Source of the DNA: Longimicrobiales bacterium
GTDB lineage: Bacteria > Gemmatimonadota > Gemmatimonadetes > Longimicrobiales > Gaopeijiaceae
Length of the DNA stretch: 64,000 nucleotides
Assembly: GCA_965116905.1 (NCBI GenBank)
Contig: OZ220732.1
Location: 2,784,001 to 2,848,000 of the forward strand
Direction of reading: 5' to 3'
The translations under genes were made by a program, and so were the position numbers. This document shows positions 29,566 to 39,813 of the stretch, piece by piece (the stretch's first letter is position 1; each line of letters begins with the position of its first letter). Under the pieces are notes generated by a model that saw only the letters and a program-made list of their open reading frames with translations, ran no database searches and had not been told where the DNA came from.

Positions 29566-31374
29566 GTGAGAACCGACCTCATCCGCAACTTCTGCATCAT
29601 CGCTCACATCGATCACGGCAAATCCACGCTGGCGGACAGGCTCCTGGAAGCGACCGCCACGCTCGATAGCCGTCAGATGCGCGAGCAGGTGCTCGACTCC
29701 AACGAGCTCGAACGGGAACGCGGCATCACCATAAAGCTCCACGCCGTGCGCATGTCGTATCGGGCGAAGGACGGCCGGGAACTGCAGTTCAACCTGATCG
29801 ACACACCCGGCCACGTGGACTTCACCTACGAGGTGTCGCGCTCCCTGGCCGCCTGCGAGGGAGCGATCCTGGTCGTCGATGCCACGCAGGGCGTCCAGGC
29901 GCAAACCCTGTCCAATCTCTTCCTGGCCCTGGACGCCGACCTCGAGATCGTGCCGGTCCTCAACAAGATCGACCTTCCGGGTGCGGAACCGGAGCGCCGG
30001 CGCCGGGAAGTCGCCGAGCTGATGGGAATCGACCCCGAGCTGGTGCTCGCTGTTTCGGCGAAAGAGGGAACGGGCATCGAGGAGGTGCTGGAGGCCGTCG
30101 TCGAGAGAGTGCCCGCGCCCGGCGGTGACCCCGACGCCCCGCTTCGGGCGCTGATCTTCGATTCGTACTACGACCAGTACCTCGGTGCCGTTCCCACAAT
30201 CCGGGTCTTCGACGGTACGCTGCGGCCGGGGATGCCCATTGCCTTCGGCGCGGTCGACTCGTCCTACGAGGTGACGGAGGTGGGCCACCTTTGCCTGGGT
30301 CGTGTCCCGTCGCAGGCGATCGGACCGGGAGAGGTCGGATACCTCGTGGCGGCGATCAAGGCCGTGGCGGACACCCGAGTGGGAGACACCGTGCTCGATG
30401 CGGCGAATCCCGCCGGGGAACTGCTCCCCGGCTACCAGGAAGCCAGGCCGATGGTGTTCGCGGGCCTCTATCCCTCGGATGCCGACGACTACGAGGAGCT
30501 CAGGGAGTCGCTTCGCCGCCTTCAGCTCAACGACGCCTCGCTGCAGTTCGAACCCGAGACCTCCCGGGCGTTGGGCTTCGGCTTCCGCTGCGGCTTTCTC
30601 GGGCTGCTGCACCTGGAGATCGTGCAGGAGCGGCTGGACCGCGAATTCGGAGTCAAGCTGGTCACCACGGTACCGAATGTGAAGTACCGGGTGTCCATGG
30701 CGGACGGATCGGTGCTGTCGATCGAGAACCCTACGGATCTTCCGGACCGCGTGCTTGTGGACTCGGTCGCGGAGCCCGTGGTCCGGGCGCACATCGTGAC
30801 CCCGTCGGCCTTCATCGGCAACGTGCAGAAGCTGTGCCACGAGCGCAGGGGGCTGTTCAAGGGGATGAGCTACCTGGATCCCCGCCGGGTGGAGATGGAC
30901 TTCGAGCTTCCGCTGGCCGAGATCGTTCTCGACTTCTATGGCCGTCTGAAGGGCGGCACCAAGGGCTACGCGGCGCTGGACTACGAGTTCCAGGAGTACC
31001 GGGCGGGGGACCTGGTCAAGCTCGACATCCTGGTCAACCGTGAACCGGTCGACGCCTTTTCGGTGATCCTCCACCGCGACAACGCGTACCGCCACGGCAA
31101 TCTGCTGGTCCGCAAACTCAAGGAACTGATCCCGCGGCAGCAGTTCGAGGTGGCCCTGCAGGCCGCGATCGGAGGCCAGGTCATCGCCCGGCAAACCGTG
31201 AAGGCGGTCCGCAAGAACGTGACGGCCAAGTGCTACGGAGGCGACATCACGCGCAAGCGCAAACTCCTGGAGCGCCAGCGCGAGGGCAAGAAGCGGATGA
31301 AGCAGGTCGGTGCGGTGGAGATACCGCAGGAGGCCTTCATGGCCGTCCTGCAGCTGGACGACGACCGGTCGTGA
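29566..31374 (+). CDS. lepA: Elongation factor 4 LepA
   Basis: [43 protein letters not shown]. Confidence 0.98.
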   Translation: MRTDLIRNFCIIAHIDHGKSTLADRLLEATATLDSRQMREQVLDSNELERERGITIKLHAVRMSYRAKDGRELQFNLIDTPGHVDFTYEVSRSLAACEGAILVVDATQGVQAQTLSNLFLALDADLEIVPVLNKIDLPGAEPERRRREVAELMGIDPELVLAVSAKEGTGIEEVLEAVVERVPAPGGDPDAPLRALIFDSYYDQYLGAVPTIRVFDGTLRPGMPIAFGAVDSSYEVTEVGHLCLGRVPSQAIGPGEVGYLVAAIKAVADTRVGDTVLDAANPAGELLPGYQEARPMVFAGLYPSDADDYEELRESLRRLQLNDASLQFEPETSRALGFGFRCGFLGLLHLEIVQERLDREFGVKLVTTVPNVKYRVSMADGSVLSIENPTDLPDRVLVDSVAEPVVRAHIVTPSAFIGNVQKLCHERRGLFKGMSYLDPRRVEMDFELPLAEIVLDFYGRLKGGTKGYAALDYEFQEYRAGDLVKLDILVNREPVDAFSVILHRDNAYRHGNLLVRKLKELIPRQQFEVALQAAIGGQVIARQTVKAVRKNVTAKCYGGDITRKRKLLERQREGKKRMKQVGAVEIPQEAFMAVLQLDDDRS

Positions 31375-32384
31375 GGGGCGAGCGGCCGCGCTGGGTCGTA
31401 GGGGTGGACATCGGAGGCACCAACCTGCGCGTCGGCAGCGTTCCCGCCGGCAGCGTCCCCGTCGGCAGCGTTCCCGTCGATAGCGGGGCACCACCACGGA
31501 TCCGGCGCTGCGCCACGAGGCCGGCGCTCGGCCCGGACCATGTGCTCGACCGTATCGTCGCGATGATTCGTGAAACGGTGGCCGAAGTGGGACGGGGTCG
31601 CGTGGCGGGCATCGGTCTGGGCGCACCGGGACCGCTGGATACCGAGTCGGGTGTCGTGGCGGAGACCCCCAATCTCGGGTGGCGGGACTTTCCCCTGCGA
31701 GATCTCGTCGCCGAAGCCTGCGGACTGCCGGCGACCCTGGAGAACGACGCCAACTGCTTTGCCTATGGCGAGTGGTGGAAGGGCGCGGGACGAGGCTGCA
31801 GACACCTTGTGGGCATCACGCTCGGCACCGGAATCGGCGGCGGCGTCGTGATCGACGGCGAGATCCATCACGGCGCTGCCGGTGGCGCCGGCGAGGTGGG
31901 CCACATGTCGGTGGACTTCCGCGGCAGACCCTGCGCGTGTGGCTCCCGGGGGTGCGTCGAGGCGTACGCGTCGGGACCTGCAATCGCGTCGCGGGCGGTC
32001 GAAGCGATCACGGACGCTGACGGCTCCATCCTGGCGTCGCTGGTGGACGGCGACCTTGACGCGGTTACGGCCGAGACCGTGTCGGAGGCCGCCGCGGCCG
32101 GGGATCGCCACGCCGGGGAAATCCTGCGGGAAACGGCGGACATCCTCGCCACCGCGATCGCCAACGTGATCCACCTCCTCAGTCCCGGGGCGGTCGTCAT
32201 CGGGGGCGGCGTGGCGAACGCGGGCGAACGCCTGCTGCGGCCGCTGCGGCGCCAGGTCGAACGGCGTGTGTTCGGCACACACCTTCGCTCCTGCCGAATC
32301 CTGCGCGGCGAGCTGGGCGATGCCGCCGGCGTCATCGGCGCCGCCGGGGTGTTCAGCCGCGCCCATCCCGGCGGCCCCCGGTGA
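31371..32384 (+). CDS. ROK family sugar kinase (glucokinase-like)
   Basis: [45 protein letters not shown] coupling to lepA. Confidence 0.93.
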   Translation: MRGERPRWVVGVDIGGTNLRVGSVPAGSVPVGSVPVDSGAPPRIRRCATRPALGPDHVLDRIVAMIRETVAEVGRGRVAGIGLGAPGPLDTESGVVAETPNLGWRDFPLRDLVAEACGLPATLENDANCFAYGEWWKGAGRGCRHLVGITLGTGIGGGVVIDGEIHHGAAGGAGEVGHMSVDFRGRPCACGSRGCVEAYASGPAIASRAVEAITDADGSILASLVDGDLDAVTAETVSEAAAAGDRHAGEILRETADILATAIANVIHLLSPGAVVIGGGVANAGERLLRPLRRQVERRVFGTHLRSCRILRGELGDAAGVIGAAGVFSRAHPGGPR

Positions 32385-33319
32385 AGCGCCTCGGGCTGCT
32401 GGGCACCCTGGTCCGCGACACGATCGTACACCCGGGGCGACCGGAGCCGGTGCGGGCCTGGGGCGGCATCGGATACGCGCTCGCGGCCTTCGATGCCGCT
32501 CTCCCCCGGGGCTGGACCGTTGTCCCGGTCGTCAAGATCGGCGCCGATCTTCACGCACGGGGCTCGTCGTTCATCCGGTCCTTCACCCGGGTCGGCGACA
32601 CGCGGTTCCTGCGCATCGTTCCGGAGCCGAACAACCGGGTCGAGCTGATCTACTCGACCCGCTCGGACCGGCGGGAGGTGCTGAGCGGCGGTGTCCCGGG
32701 GTGGACTGCCGCCGAGGCGGGAGACTTCCTGGCGGACCTGGACGCGCTGTACGTGAACTTCATCTCCGGGATGGAACTGACGCTGAAGGGCGCAATGCGG
32801 ATCCGCGACGAACTCGCCGGGCCTTCGCACGCCGATCTTCATTCCCTGTTCCTGGGCGTCGAGAGCGACGGCCGGCGCACGCCCCGTTATCTTCGGTTCT
32901 CCGAGGAATGGGCCGGGTGCTTCGATACCGTGCAGATGAACGAAGATGAATTCGCCTTGTTTTCCGGGGGAGAGGTTCCCCCGTTGCGCGCGGCAGCGCT
33001 GGCGTTCGAGCGCCGCACCCGCATGATCGCGGTGACGCGCGGAAGCGAGGGAGTGAGGGTGATCGCGGCCACCCCGGACGGGGAGCCCGCCGTGTGCGAC
33101 GTCCCGACCTCGCCCGGCCCGGAGTGGGGCGACCCCACGGGATGCGGCGACGTGTGGGGCGCCGCCTTCTTCTCGGGCGTCCTCGCGCGGGCCGACCGGA
33201 GTGCGGCCATCTCGCACGCCCAATCCCTCGCCCGGTGCAAGCTGAGCTGCCGGGGCGCCGACGAGACGCGGCACCGTCTGGCCAGCGACGCCCCCGACCC
33301 GCCCTGGGCATCGCACTGA
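32381..33319 (+). CDS. PfkB/ribokinase-family carbohydrate kinase
   Basis: WGGIGY, QMNEDE, VTRGSEG, DPTGCGD. Confidence 0.82.
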   Translation: MKRLGLLGTLVRDTIVHPGRPEPVRAWGGIGYALAAFDAALPRGWTVVPVVKIGADLHARGSSFIRSFTRVGDTRFLRIVPEPNNRVELIYSTRSDRREVLSGGVPGWTAAEAGDFLADLDALYVNFISGMELTLKGAMRIRDELAGPSHADLHSLFLGVESDGRRTPRYLRFSEEWAGCFDTVQMNEDEFALFSGGEVPPLRAAALAFERRTRMIAVTRGSEGVRVIAATPDGEPAVCDVPTSPGPEWGDPTGCGDVWGAAFFSGVLARADRSAAISHAQSLARCKLSCRGADETRHRLASDAPDPPWASH

Positions 33320-33320
33320 C

Positions 33321-34208
33321 ATGCGCGTCGTCGAAATCCCCTCCTCGCTCGACTACCGGAACGTCGACGCCGTCTTTGCCGAAGCGGCCGCCGGGGGCGC
33401 GGAACCGATCCTCTTCGACGCGCGGCGGCTGCGCTGGATCGACCCGAACGGGATGTTGGCGCTTCTGTGCGCCGGTCAGGTCGCGTCCACAAAGGGCGGC
33501 GCGCCCCGTCTATCGTTGCCCTCCGGGGGCGATGTCGTGGGCTACCTGGACCGGATGGGCTTTCCCGCCGCCGCGGCAAGGGTGTTCCACCCGTCACCCC
33601 GGCGCGTCGGCCGCACTTCCACCAAGTCCTCGGACGTGCTGCTCGAGATCACTGCGATCGCGACCAACTCCGACGTGCACGAGGTGGTCGACAGGGTCCA
33701 GTCGCGGGCCGGCGCGATCCTCTCCCGCACCCTCCACTATCCGCCCGCTGCAGTCGTCCAGTTCTCGGTGATCCTGTCCGAGGTGTGCCAGAACATCGTG
33801 GAGCACGCCGAGGGCCCGGGCTGGGTTGCGGCGCAGCGCTACAACTGGACACGCCGGCTGGGCCGGCAGGTGCTGGTGATCGGTGTGTCGGACGTCGGAC
33901 GGGGCTTCCAGGATTCGCTGGCGGAAGAGCACGCGGCGCGTTTCGGGGATCGGTGGGGAGACGTCACGGCCCTGGAGGCCGCGTTCCTCATGGGCCTGAC
34001 CCGCTTTCCCGACACCGGACGCGGGCAGGGGATCCAGCAGATACGAAAGCAGGTCGCCCGCTGGCAGGGCCTCGTCTCCATCCGCAGCGGCACCGCCCGG
34101 ATCGCGGACAGCCCGTCCTGGCATGCCAGCCCCCCGGTTGTGGACGGTCTGCCCGGCTTTCCGGGAGCCCAGATCAACATCATTATCCCCGAGAGAATCG
34201 ATGGCTGA
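33321..34208 (+). CDS. STAS-like + HATPase (anti-sigma/Ser-kinase-like) protein
   Basis: FDARRLRWIDPNGM STAS-like, SEVCQNIVEHA N-box, SDVGRGF G1, GRGQGI G2. Confidence 0.78.
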   Translation: MRVVEIPSSLDYRNVDAVFAEAAAGGAEPILFDARRLRWIDPNGMLALLCAGQVASTKGGAPRLSLPSGGDVVGYLDRMGFPAAAARVFHPSPRRVGRTSTKSSDVLLEITAIATNSDVHEVVDRVQSRAGAILSRTLHYPPAAVVQFSVILSEVCQNIVEHAEGPGWVAAQRYNWTRRLGRQVLVIGVSDVGRGFQDSLAEEHAARFGDRWGDVTALEAAFLMGLTRFPDTGRGQGIQQIRKQVARWQGLVSIRSGTARIADSPSWHASPPVVDGLPGFPGAQINIIIPERIDG

Positions 34209-34887
34209 ACGCCCGGAACCCGATTGCCGGGGCGAACGGTCCACCCGGTCCGTCACCATCGACGTGGCCGCGATCGTCACGGACACCGTGGCCTCGCGAG
34301 GGCACAATCTGGTGACGCGCCCGACCGGACGGGCCGTCCGGGAGGCGATCGAACTGCGGCTGGCCGGAACGCCCCCGTCGGCGGCCGGAACGCCCCCGTC
34401 TCCGGCCCGAGCGCTTCCGCCGGCGGTCCCGGCATCTCGCTCACCGGTCCCGGCCTCTCCCTCCCCCCATGTCACGCTGCTCGACTTCACGCGCGTCAGG
34501 ATTCTCGACTTCAGCTGCGCCGACGAGGTGGTGGCCAAGCTGCTTCTTCGTTATCAGGGACCCGACCGGCCCGGGAACATGTTCTTCCTCTTCCGGGCGG
34601 TGGGCGAGATGCACCGGCACGCGGTCGAGGAGGTCCTCGCGCGCCATGGCCTGGCGGCCGTCTGCGATGTCGGCGGCGGCTTTCAACTCCTCGGTCCGGC
34701 GACCCCGGAAGAGCGCAGGGCCTGGAGCACGCTGGAGCGGTGCGAAAGGATCGGCCCGCGCGACCTGGCGGGGGCGCTTGGCGAGCGTGGAGAGCCCCTG
34801 CTCCGGGGGCTGGCCAGGCGCCGGCTGGCCTACTGGAACGGCCACGGCGGAGCGGCGGCCCTGAGCGCCCTGGCGCGAACACCATAG
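34201..34887 (+). CDS. STAS-like (DUF4325-like) protein
   Basis: LVTRPTGRAVREAIE, LLDFTRVRILDFSCADEVVAKL, Pro/Ala/Ser-rich insertion. Confidence 0.68.
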   Translation: MAERPEPDCRGERSTRSVTIDVAAIVTDTVASRGHNLVTRPTGRAVREAIELRLAGTPPSAAGTPPSPARALPPAVPASRSPVPASPSPHVTLLDFTRVRILDFSCADEVVAKLLLRYQGPDRPGNMFFLFRAVGEMHRHAVEEVLARHGLAAVCDVGGGFQLLGPATPEERRAWSTLERCERIGPRDLAGALGERGEPLLRGLARRRLAYWNGHGGAAALSALARTP

Positions 34888-34924
34888 TGTCGGGACGCGA
34901 CACTGCAACGAGTCCACTCAACTC

Positions 34925-36142
34925 ATGGAGCGTGCCCCAATGAAGAACGATGGCCTGTCGGACGGAGCGCTTGGTCCCGCCACGAAGGCGGTGCACGCCG
35001 GTCAGCCGGAACCCCGGCCGGGCGAACCCGTCGTGGCGCCGATCGTGCGCAGTTCGACCTTTCACTGGGCCGGCCCCGAAGACGGTATCGACCTGCTGTA
35101 CAGCCGCTACGGCAACAACCCCAACCAGAAGTCCGTCGCCGCCAGGGTCGCGGCGCTGGAGGGGACGGAAGACGCGCTGGCGCTGGCCAGCGGGATGGCG
35201 GCCATCTCCATGACCCTCCTGGCAGCCGCGGGGCAGGGCGATCACATCGTTGCGAGCCGCCACCTCTACGGCGCCACCTGGGCGCTGCTCGCCAGAGAAT
35301 TTCCCCGGCGCGGCATCGCGACGACCTTCGTGGACCCCGGCGATCCGGGCGCGTGGGAGAGGGCGGTTACCCCGGCCACCCGCGTGGTGCTGATCGAGTT
35401 GCCCACGAACCCCACGCTCCGCGTCTTCGACATCGAGCCGGCCCGGCGCGCCGCGCGCAGCGTGGACGCGATCCTGGCGGCCGACATGACCTTCGCGACG
35501 CCGATGAACATCCGCGCCGCCGAGCACGGCGTGGATGCCGTGATCCACTCCGCCACCAAGTACCTCGGCGGCCACTCGGACCTGATTGCCGGGGTCGTCG
35601 CCGGGAGCAGCGAGTGGATCCGGCGGGTCGCCAAAATGATGAAGCTGTACGGCGGCTCGATCGATCCGCAGACCGCGTGGCTCCTGGAACGCGGCATCCG
35701 CACGCTCCCCGCCCGGATGGAGGGGCACAATCGGTCGGCGCTCGCGCTTGCCGAGTGGTTCGCGGGCGTACCCGGAATCCGCAAGGTGATCCATCCCGGC
35801 TTGCCGGACCATCCCGACCACGCGCTCGCGACGCGCATGCTCAGCGGTTACGGGGGGATGGTGTCCATCGTGCTCGACGGTGGCGGCCCGGCTGCCGACC
35901 GATTCTCGGCGGCCCTGCGCCTCGCCGCGCCCGCTCCCTCGCTGGGTGGCGTGGAGACGCTGGTGTCCCAGCCGCGGCACACCTCCCACGTGGACCTGAG
36001 CCCCCCGGAACGCGACGAGCTTGGCATCCCCGACGGATTTGTGCGCATCTCGGTGGGGCTCGAGGACATCGCCGACCTCAAGGCCGACTTCAGCCGGGCG
36101 GTCGCCGCTGCCGCCCGTCCCGCCGTGGCGGCAACGGCCTGA
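34925..36142 (+). CDS. PLP-dependent trans-sulfuration enzyme (Cys/Met metabolism family)
   Basis: YSRYGNNPN, ASGMAAI, ELPTNP, HSATKYLGGHSD, SLGGVE, RISVGLED. Confidence 0.92.
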   Translation: MERAPMKNDGLSDGALGPATKAVHAGQPEPRPGEPVVAPIVRSSTFHWAGPEDGIDLLYSRYGNNPNQKSVAARVAALEGTEDALALASGMAAISMTLLAAAGQGDHIVASRHLYGATWALLAREFPRRGIATTFVDPGDPGAWERAVTPATRVVLIELPTNPTLRVFDIEPARRAARSVDAILAADMTFATPMNIRAAEHGVDAVIHSATKYLGGHSDLIAGVVAGSSEWIRRVAKMMKLYGGSIDPQTAWLLERGIRTLPARMEGHNRSALALAEWFAGVPGIRKVIHPGLPDHPDHALATRMLSGYGGMVSIVLDGGGPAADRFSAALRLAAPAPSLGGVETLVSQPRHTSHVDLSPPERDELGIPDGFVRISVGLEDIADLKADFSRAVAAAARPAVAATA

Positions 36143-37771
36143 CTACGCCTCGTCCATGAACGGATAGCCGACGCTCGTGGGCGGGACCATGGTCTCCTTG
36201 ATCGTCCGCGGGGTCAGCCACCGGCTGATGTTGAACGCCGAGCCCGCCTTGTCGTTCGTTCCGGACGCCCGGCCGCCGCCGAAGGGCTGCTGTCCCACCA
36301 CGGCCCCGGTGGGCTTGTCGTTGATGTAGAAATTGCCGGCGGCGTTCCGCAGGCGGTCCACCGCGTCGCGCACCCCCGTCCGGTCCTGCGAGAACACGGC
36401 GCCCGTCAGCGCGTACGGCGAGGTCCTGTCGACCGCGTCCAGCGTCTCCGACCACTCGTTGTCGGGGTACACGTAGATCGACATGACGGGACCGAAGATC
36501 TCGTCGCACATCGTTTCGTGATCGGGTCGCCTGGCCTGGACGAGGGTCGGCCGTATGAAGAAGCCCTCCGCGTCCGAATACTCGCCGCCGGCGATCACGT
36601 CGGCGTCGGAGCTGGCCGCCGCCCGGTCGATGTAGCCCGTGATGGACTCGAAGGCGCCCCGGTCGATCACCGCGTTGACGAAGTTCCGGAAGTCCGTCGG
36701 GGCCCCCATCCTCAGTTCGTTGGTCTCGTCGACCAGGTCGTCGCGTATCGCCCGCCAGACCGAGCGCGGGATGTACGCCCTGGAGGCCGCGGAGCACTTC
36801 TGGCCCTGGTACTCGAAGGAGCCCCGGATGATCGCGGTGCGCAGCGCGGCGCGGTCCGCCGACGGGTGGGCGACGATGAAGTCCTTGCCGCCGGTTTCGC
36901 CGACGAGCCGTGGGTAGGAGCGGTACGTCGCGATGTTCCTGCCGACGGTGTTCCAAAGGGACTGAAACACCGCGGTCGAACCCGTGAAGTGCAGCCCGGC
37001 GAAGTCCGCGTGGTGCATGGCGGCCTCGGTGATGTCGACGGGATTGCCCGGCACGAAGTTGATCACCCCGGGAGGCAGTCCGGCCTCTTCCAGCAGCTTG
37101 TACGTGTAGTAGCCGGACAGCACCGCGTGCTTGGAGGGCTTCCAGAGTACGCCGCACCCGACCATGGCGGGGGTTCCCGCCAGGTTGGCGCCGATCGCGG
37201 TGAAGTTGAAAGGACTGACCGCGTATACGAAGCCTTCCAGCGGCCGGTACTCCATGCGGTTCCAGACGCCCCGGTCGGAGATGGGCTGCTGCTCGAAGAT
37301 GCGGTCGGCGAAGTGGGCACCGAACCGGAAGAAATCCACGATCTCGCAGGCGGCGTCGATCTCGGACTGGAAGGCGTTCTTGCTTTGCCCGAGCATCGTG
37401 GTCGCGTTGAGTGTGGACCGCCACGTCTCTGCGAGGAGGTCCGCGGCCTTCAGGAATACGGCGGCCCGGTCCTCCCAGGGCCATGACGCCCACTCGCGGC
37501 GCGCCTCGACGGTGTTGGCGATCGCGTTGCGGGCCTCCGCCGCACCGGCCTCGTGCCAGACGCCCAGGAGGTGCTCATGGTCGTGCGGCGAGCGGATTTC
37601 ATGGGTCTTCCCCGTATGGACCGTTTCGCCCCCGATGATGACCGGGATCTCGACCTGCTGCCCGCCGATCCTCTCCAGAGCGGCCTTCAGTTCGGCCCTT
37701 TCCGGGGTGCCGGGGGCATAGGAGTGGATGGGTTCGTTGACGGGGGCGGGCACACGGAAACTTCCGGACAT
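36143..37771 (-). CDS. pruA: L-glutamate gamma-semialdehyde (P5C) dehydrogenase
   Basis: NEPIHSYAPG, SPFNFTAI, FTGST, GETGGKDF, FEYQGQKCSA, GNFYINDKPTGAVVGQQPFGG. Confidence 0.96.
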   Translation of the reverse strand: MSGSFRVPAPVNEPIHSYAPGTPERAELKAALERIGGQQVEIPVIIGGETVHTGKTHEIRSPHDHEHLLGVWHEAGAAEARNAIANTVEARREWASWPWEDRAAVFLKAADLLAETWRSTLNATTMLGQSKNAFQSEIDAACEIVDFFRFGAHFADRIFEQQPISDRGVWNRMEYRPLEGFVYAVSPFNFTAIGANLAGTPAMVGCGVLWKPSKHAVLSGYYTYKLLEEAGLPPGVINFVPGNPVDITEAAMHHADFAGLHFTGSTAVFQSLWNTVGRNIATYRSYPRLVGETGGKDFIVAHPSADRAALRTAIIRGSFEYQGQKCSAASRAYIPRSVWRAIRDDLVDETNELRMGAPTDFRNFVNAVIDRGAFESITGYIDRAAASSDADVIAGGEYSDAEGFFIRPTLVQARRPDHETMCDEIFGPVMSIYVYPDNEWSETLDAVDRTSPYALTGAVFSQDRTGVRDAVDRLRNAAGNFYINDKPTGAVVGQQPFGGGRASGTNDKAGSAFNISRWLTPRTIKETMVPPTSVGYPFMDEA

Positions 37772-38000
37772 GGGCTCGTCGAGATTGCGGGTGGACCGCC
37801 CAGGGGGCAGTTTCGAAACGCGGTCTTCCGGCCAGGGGACAGCGCCGGAATCGCAGGCAATTTCACGAATGCGGGCCCCGCGCGCAACCGCCCGCGCAAC
37901 CGGCATTGACGACCCGGAAACGCCTGCGGTAGTTTCCGTGGGCGTCACAGCCATCATCCTCGGGGCCGGTTCGGACCCGTGCCTGTGACCTGGACGGAGA

Positions 38001-38231
38001 ATGGCTACCATAGAGCGGATCGAAGAGGTTCTGGAGACGATTCGTCCCGCCGTCCGCCTGGACGGGGGCGACGTGGAACTGGTGGCCTGGGACGCGGAGC
38101 GGGGCAGGGTGGAGGTCCGGCTGATGGGCGCCTGCGAAGCGTGTCCGATATCCATGTTCACCCTCAAGGAGGGGATCGAGCGGCGGCTCAGGGCATCCGT
38201 GCCCGAGGTGCTGACGGTAGATGCCATTTGA
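38001..38231 (+). CDS. NifU/Nfu domain protein
   Basis: IRPAVRLDGGDVEL, GACEACPIS..TLKEGIE. Confidence 0.92.
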   Translation: MATIERIEEVLETIRPAVRLDGGDVELVAWDAERGRVEVRLMGACEACPISMFTLKEGIERRLRASVPEVLTVDAI

Positions 38232-38238
38232 GCCTCCA

Positions 38239-39420
38239 ATGAGCCAGGGCGGACTTGTCGCCGCTGTGACGAAGGCGTTGACGGGCATCGTCAATCCGGT
38301 GACGGGCGAGGACGTGGTCGATGGCGGCCAGGTCAGTGCCGTGAAGGTGGATGCGCAGGGCGGCGCCCGGTTCGTGTTCTCGTTGCAGAAGGGTGATCCC
38401 GGGACGCTGGTCCGCCGGGCCAGGGCCGCGGCGGCGGCTGTCGAGGGCGTCACGTCCGTGAAGGTGGATGTCCAGCTCCCCCAGACGCCGACGGACGCGC
38501 AGGGCGATCCGGACCGTCAGCCGCCGGACCGTCAGCCGCCGGACCGCCAGTCCCCGGACCGCCAGTCCGATGCAGGGCGGCCATCCGGTGGGTTGCAGCC
38601 GGGTTCGGTCCCGGCCCCCACTCCGAAGCCCGGCGTCCTGGCCGGCGTCAAGCGAATCATCGCGATCAGTTCCGGAAAGGGCGGGGTCGGCAAGTCCATG
38701 GTCGCAACGAACCTGGCGGCGCATGCGGCCGCCCGGGGGTTGGCCACGGGTCTGCTCGACGCGGACATCTACGGGCCCAACATCCCGGTCATGTTCGGCG
38801 AACAGCGGCGCCCCCCCGTGTCCGGTGCGAAGGGCTCGGAGATGATCGTGCCGCTCGAGTGCCACGGCGTCCGGCTCATGAGCCTCGGTTTCCTCCTCGA
38901 CCGTGCGCAGCCCGCGATCATGCGTGGGCCGCTGATCGCCGGCATTCTGAGGCAGTTCATGGAGCAGGTGGCATGGGGTGATCTGGACCTCATGGTCGTG
39001 GACATGCCGCCGGGCACGGGCGATGCCCAGTTGTCCCTGGTGCAGACGGTCGACCTCGATGGCGCGGTGATGGTCACGACGCCCCAGAAGGTGGCCACCG
39101 GAGACGTGCGCCGGGGGATCAAGATGTTCGAGCGGGTCAATACCCGGGTGCTCGGCGTCGTGGAAAACATGTGCGGCTTCCAGATCCCTGGATCCGACGA
39201 GGTGGTGGATCTGTTCGGACGCGGCGGCGGCGAGGAGCTCGCCCGGGAACTGTCGCTCCCGTTCCTGGGAAGCGTGCCGCTCGACATCGCCGTCAGGAAG
39301 GCGGGCGACGAAGGGCGCCCGACGGTGCTGTCCGCGCCCGATTCCCCTGCGGCGGTATCGCTCGCGAAGATCGGCGCAAGCCTGCTGCGGGTGCTCGAGA
39401 CGTTGCCGCCGCGCCGCTAG
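38239..39420 (+). CDS. apbC: Mrp/ApbC (NBP35) Fe-S carrier ATPase
   Basis: SSGKGGVGKS, DADIYGP, DMPPGTGD, VTTPQ, VENM. PDRQP 15-bp repeat x4 at 38509-38568. Confidence 0.93.
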   Translation: MSQGGLVAAVTKALTGIVNPVTGEDVVDGGQVSAVKVDAQGGARFVFSLQKGDPGTLVRRARAAAAAVEGVTSVKVDVQLPQTPTDAQGDPDRQPPDRQPPDRQSPDRQSDAGRPSGGLQPGSVPAPTPKPGVLAGVKRIIAISSGKGGVGKSMVATNLAAHAAARGLATGLLDADIYGPNIPVMFGEQRRPPVSGAKGSEMIVPLECHGVRLMSLGFLLDRAQPAIMRGPLIAGILRQFMEQVAWGDLDLMVVDMPPGTGDAQLSLVQTVDLDGAVMVTTPQKVATGDVRRGIKMFERVNTRVLGVVENMCGFQIPGSDEVVDLFGRGGGEELARELSLPFLGSVPLDIAVRKAGDEGRPTVLSAPDSPAAVSLAKIGASLLRVLETLPPRR

Positions 39421-39430
39421 CTCGGAGGAG

Positions 39431-39670
39431 CTACTCGCCCTCCAGCCACTGGCGGTCGGCCGCCGACAGGGCCCCCGGGCCCCTCCGCACACGCGCCAGC
39501 ACCTTCAGCACGAACCAGCCCACAAACATGACCGGGACCACCTTCCAGAGCAGGAAGCCGGCGATGCCCGCGGTGAGGCCCAGAAGGGCGCCGATCACCG
39601 AGAGGACGATCCACACCACCACAATGCTGACGATACCCATGGCCAGGAATGTCAACAGCGTTCCGATCAT
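39431..39670 (-). CDS. Small membrane protein, PspG-like
   Basis: 79 aa, almost entirely hydrophobic, LLWKVVPVMFVGWFVLKVL, purine-rich RBS. Confidence 0.7.
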   Translation of the reverse strand: MIGTLLTFLAMGIVSIVVVWIVLSVIGALLGLTAGIAGFLLWKVVPVMFVGWFVLKVLARVRRGPGALSAADRQWLEGE

Positions 39671-39750
39671 GCCTTCCCCTGCGTAACCGGTCCCTCCGGG
39701 GCGGCCGAATGTTCAGCCGCACCCACGGGACGGAAAAGTTGCCAACCTAA

Positions 39751-39779
39751 CAATAATACTGATTCAATAATACTGATTC
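39751..39779. repeat. AT-rich 14-bp tandem duplication
   Basis: CAATAATACTGATT x2 at 39751-39764 and 39765-39778. Confidence 0.9.
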
Positions 39780-39813
39780 GTTTTGCGGCCGTTGTCACCT
39801 CGGGCGGTCCGCG

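Noticed and set aside
36143..38239. ORF-track N-terminal extensions (pruA 698 aa, pdxA 496 aa, mfd 1250 aa, lepA 704 aa, fur 215 aa, M16 657/677 aa)
   Set aside because: Extensions overlap neighbouring genes and precede the conserved N-terminal motifs, so starts were trimmed
39735..39780. Possible dif (XerCD) site in the AT-rich patch
   Set aside because: No 11-6-11 layout and no convincing TTATG(T/C)NAA arm
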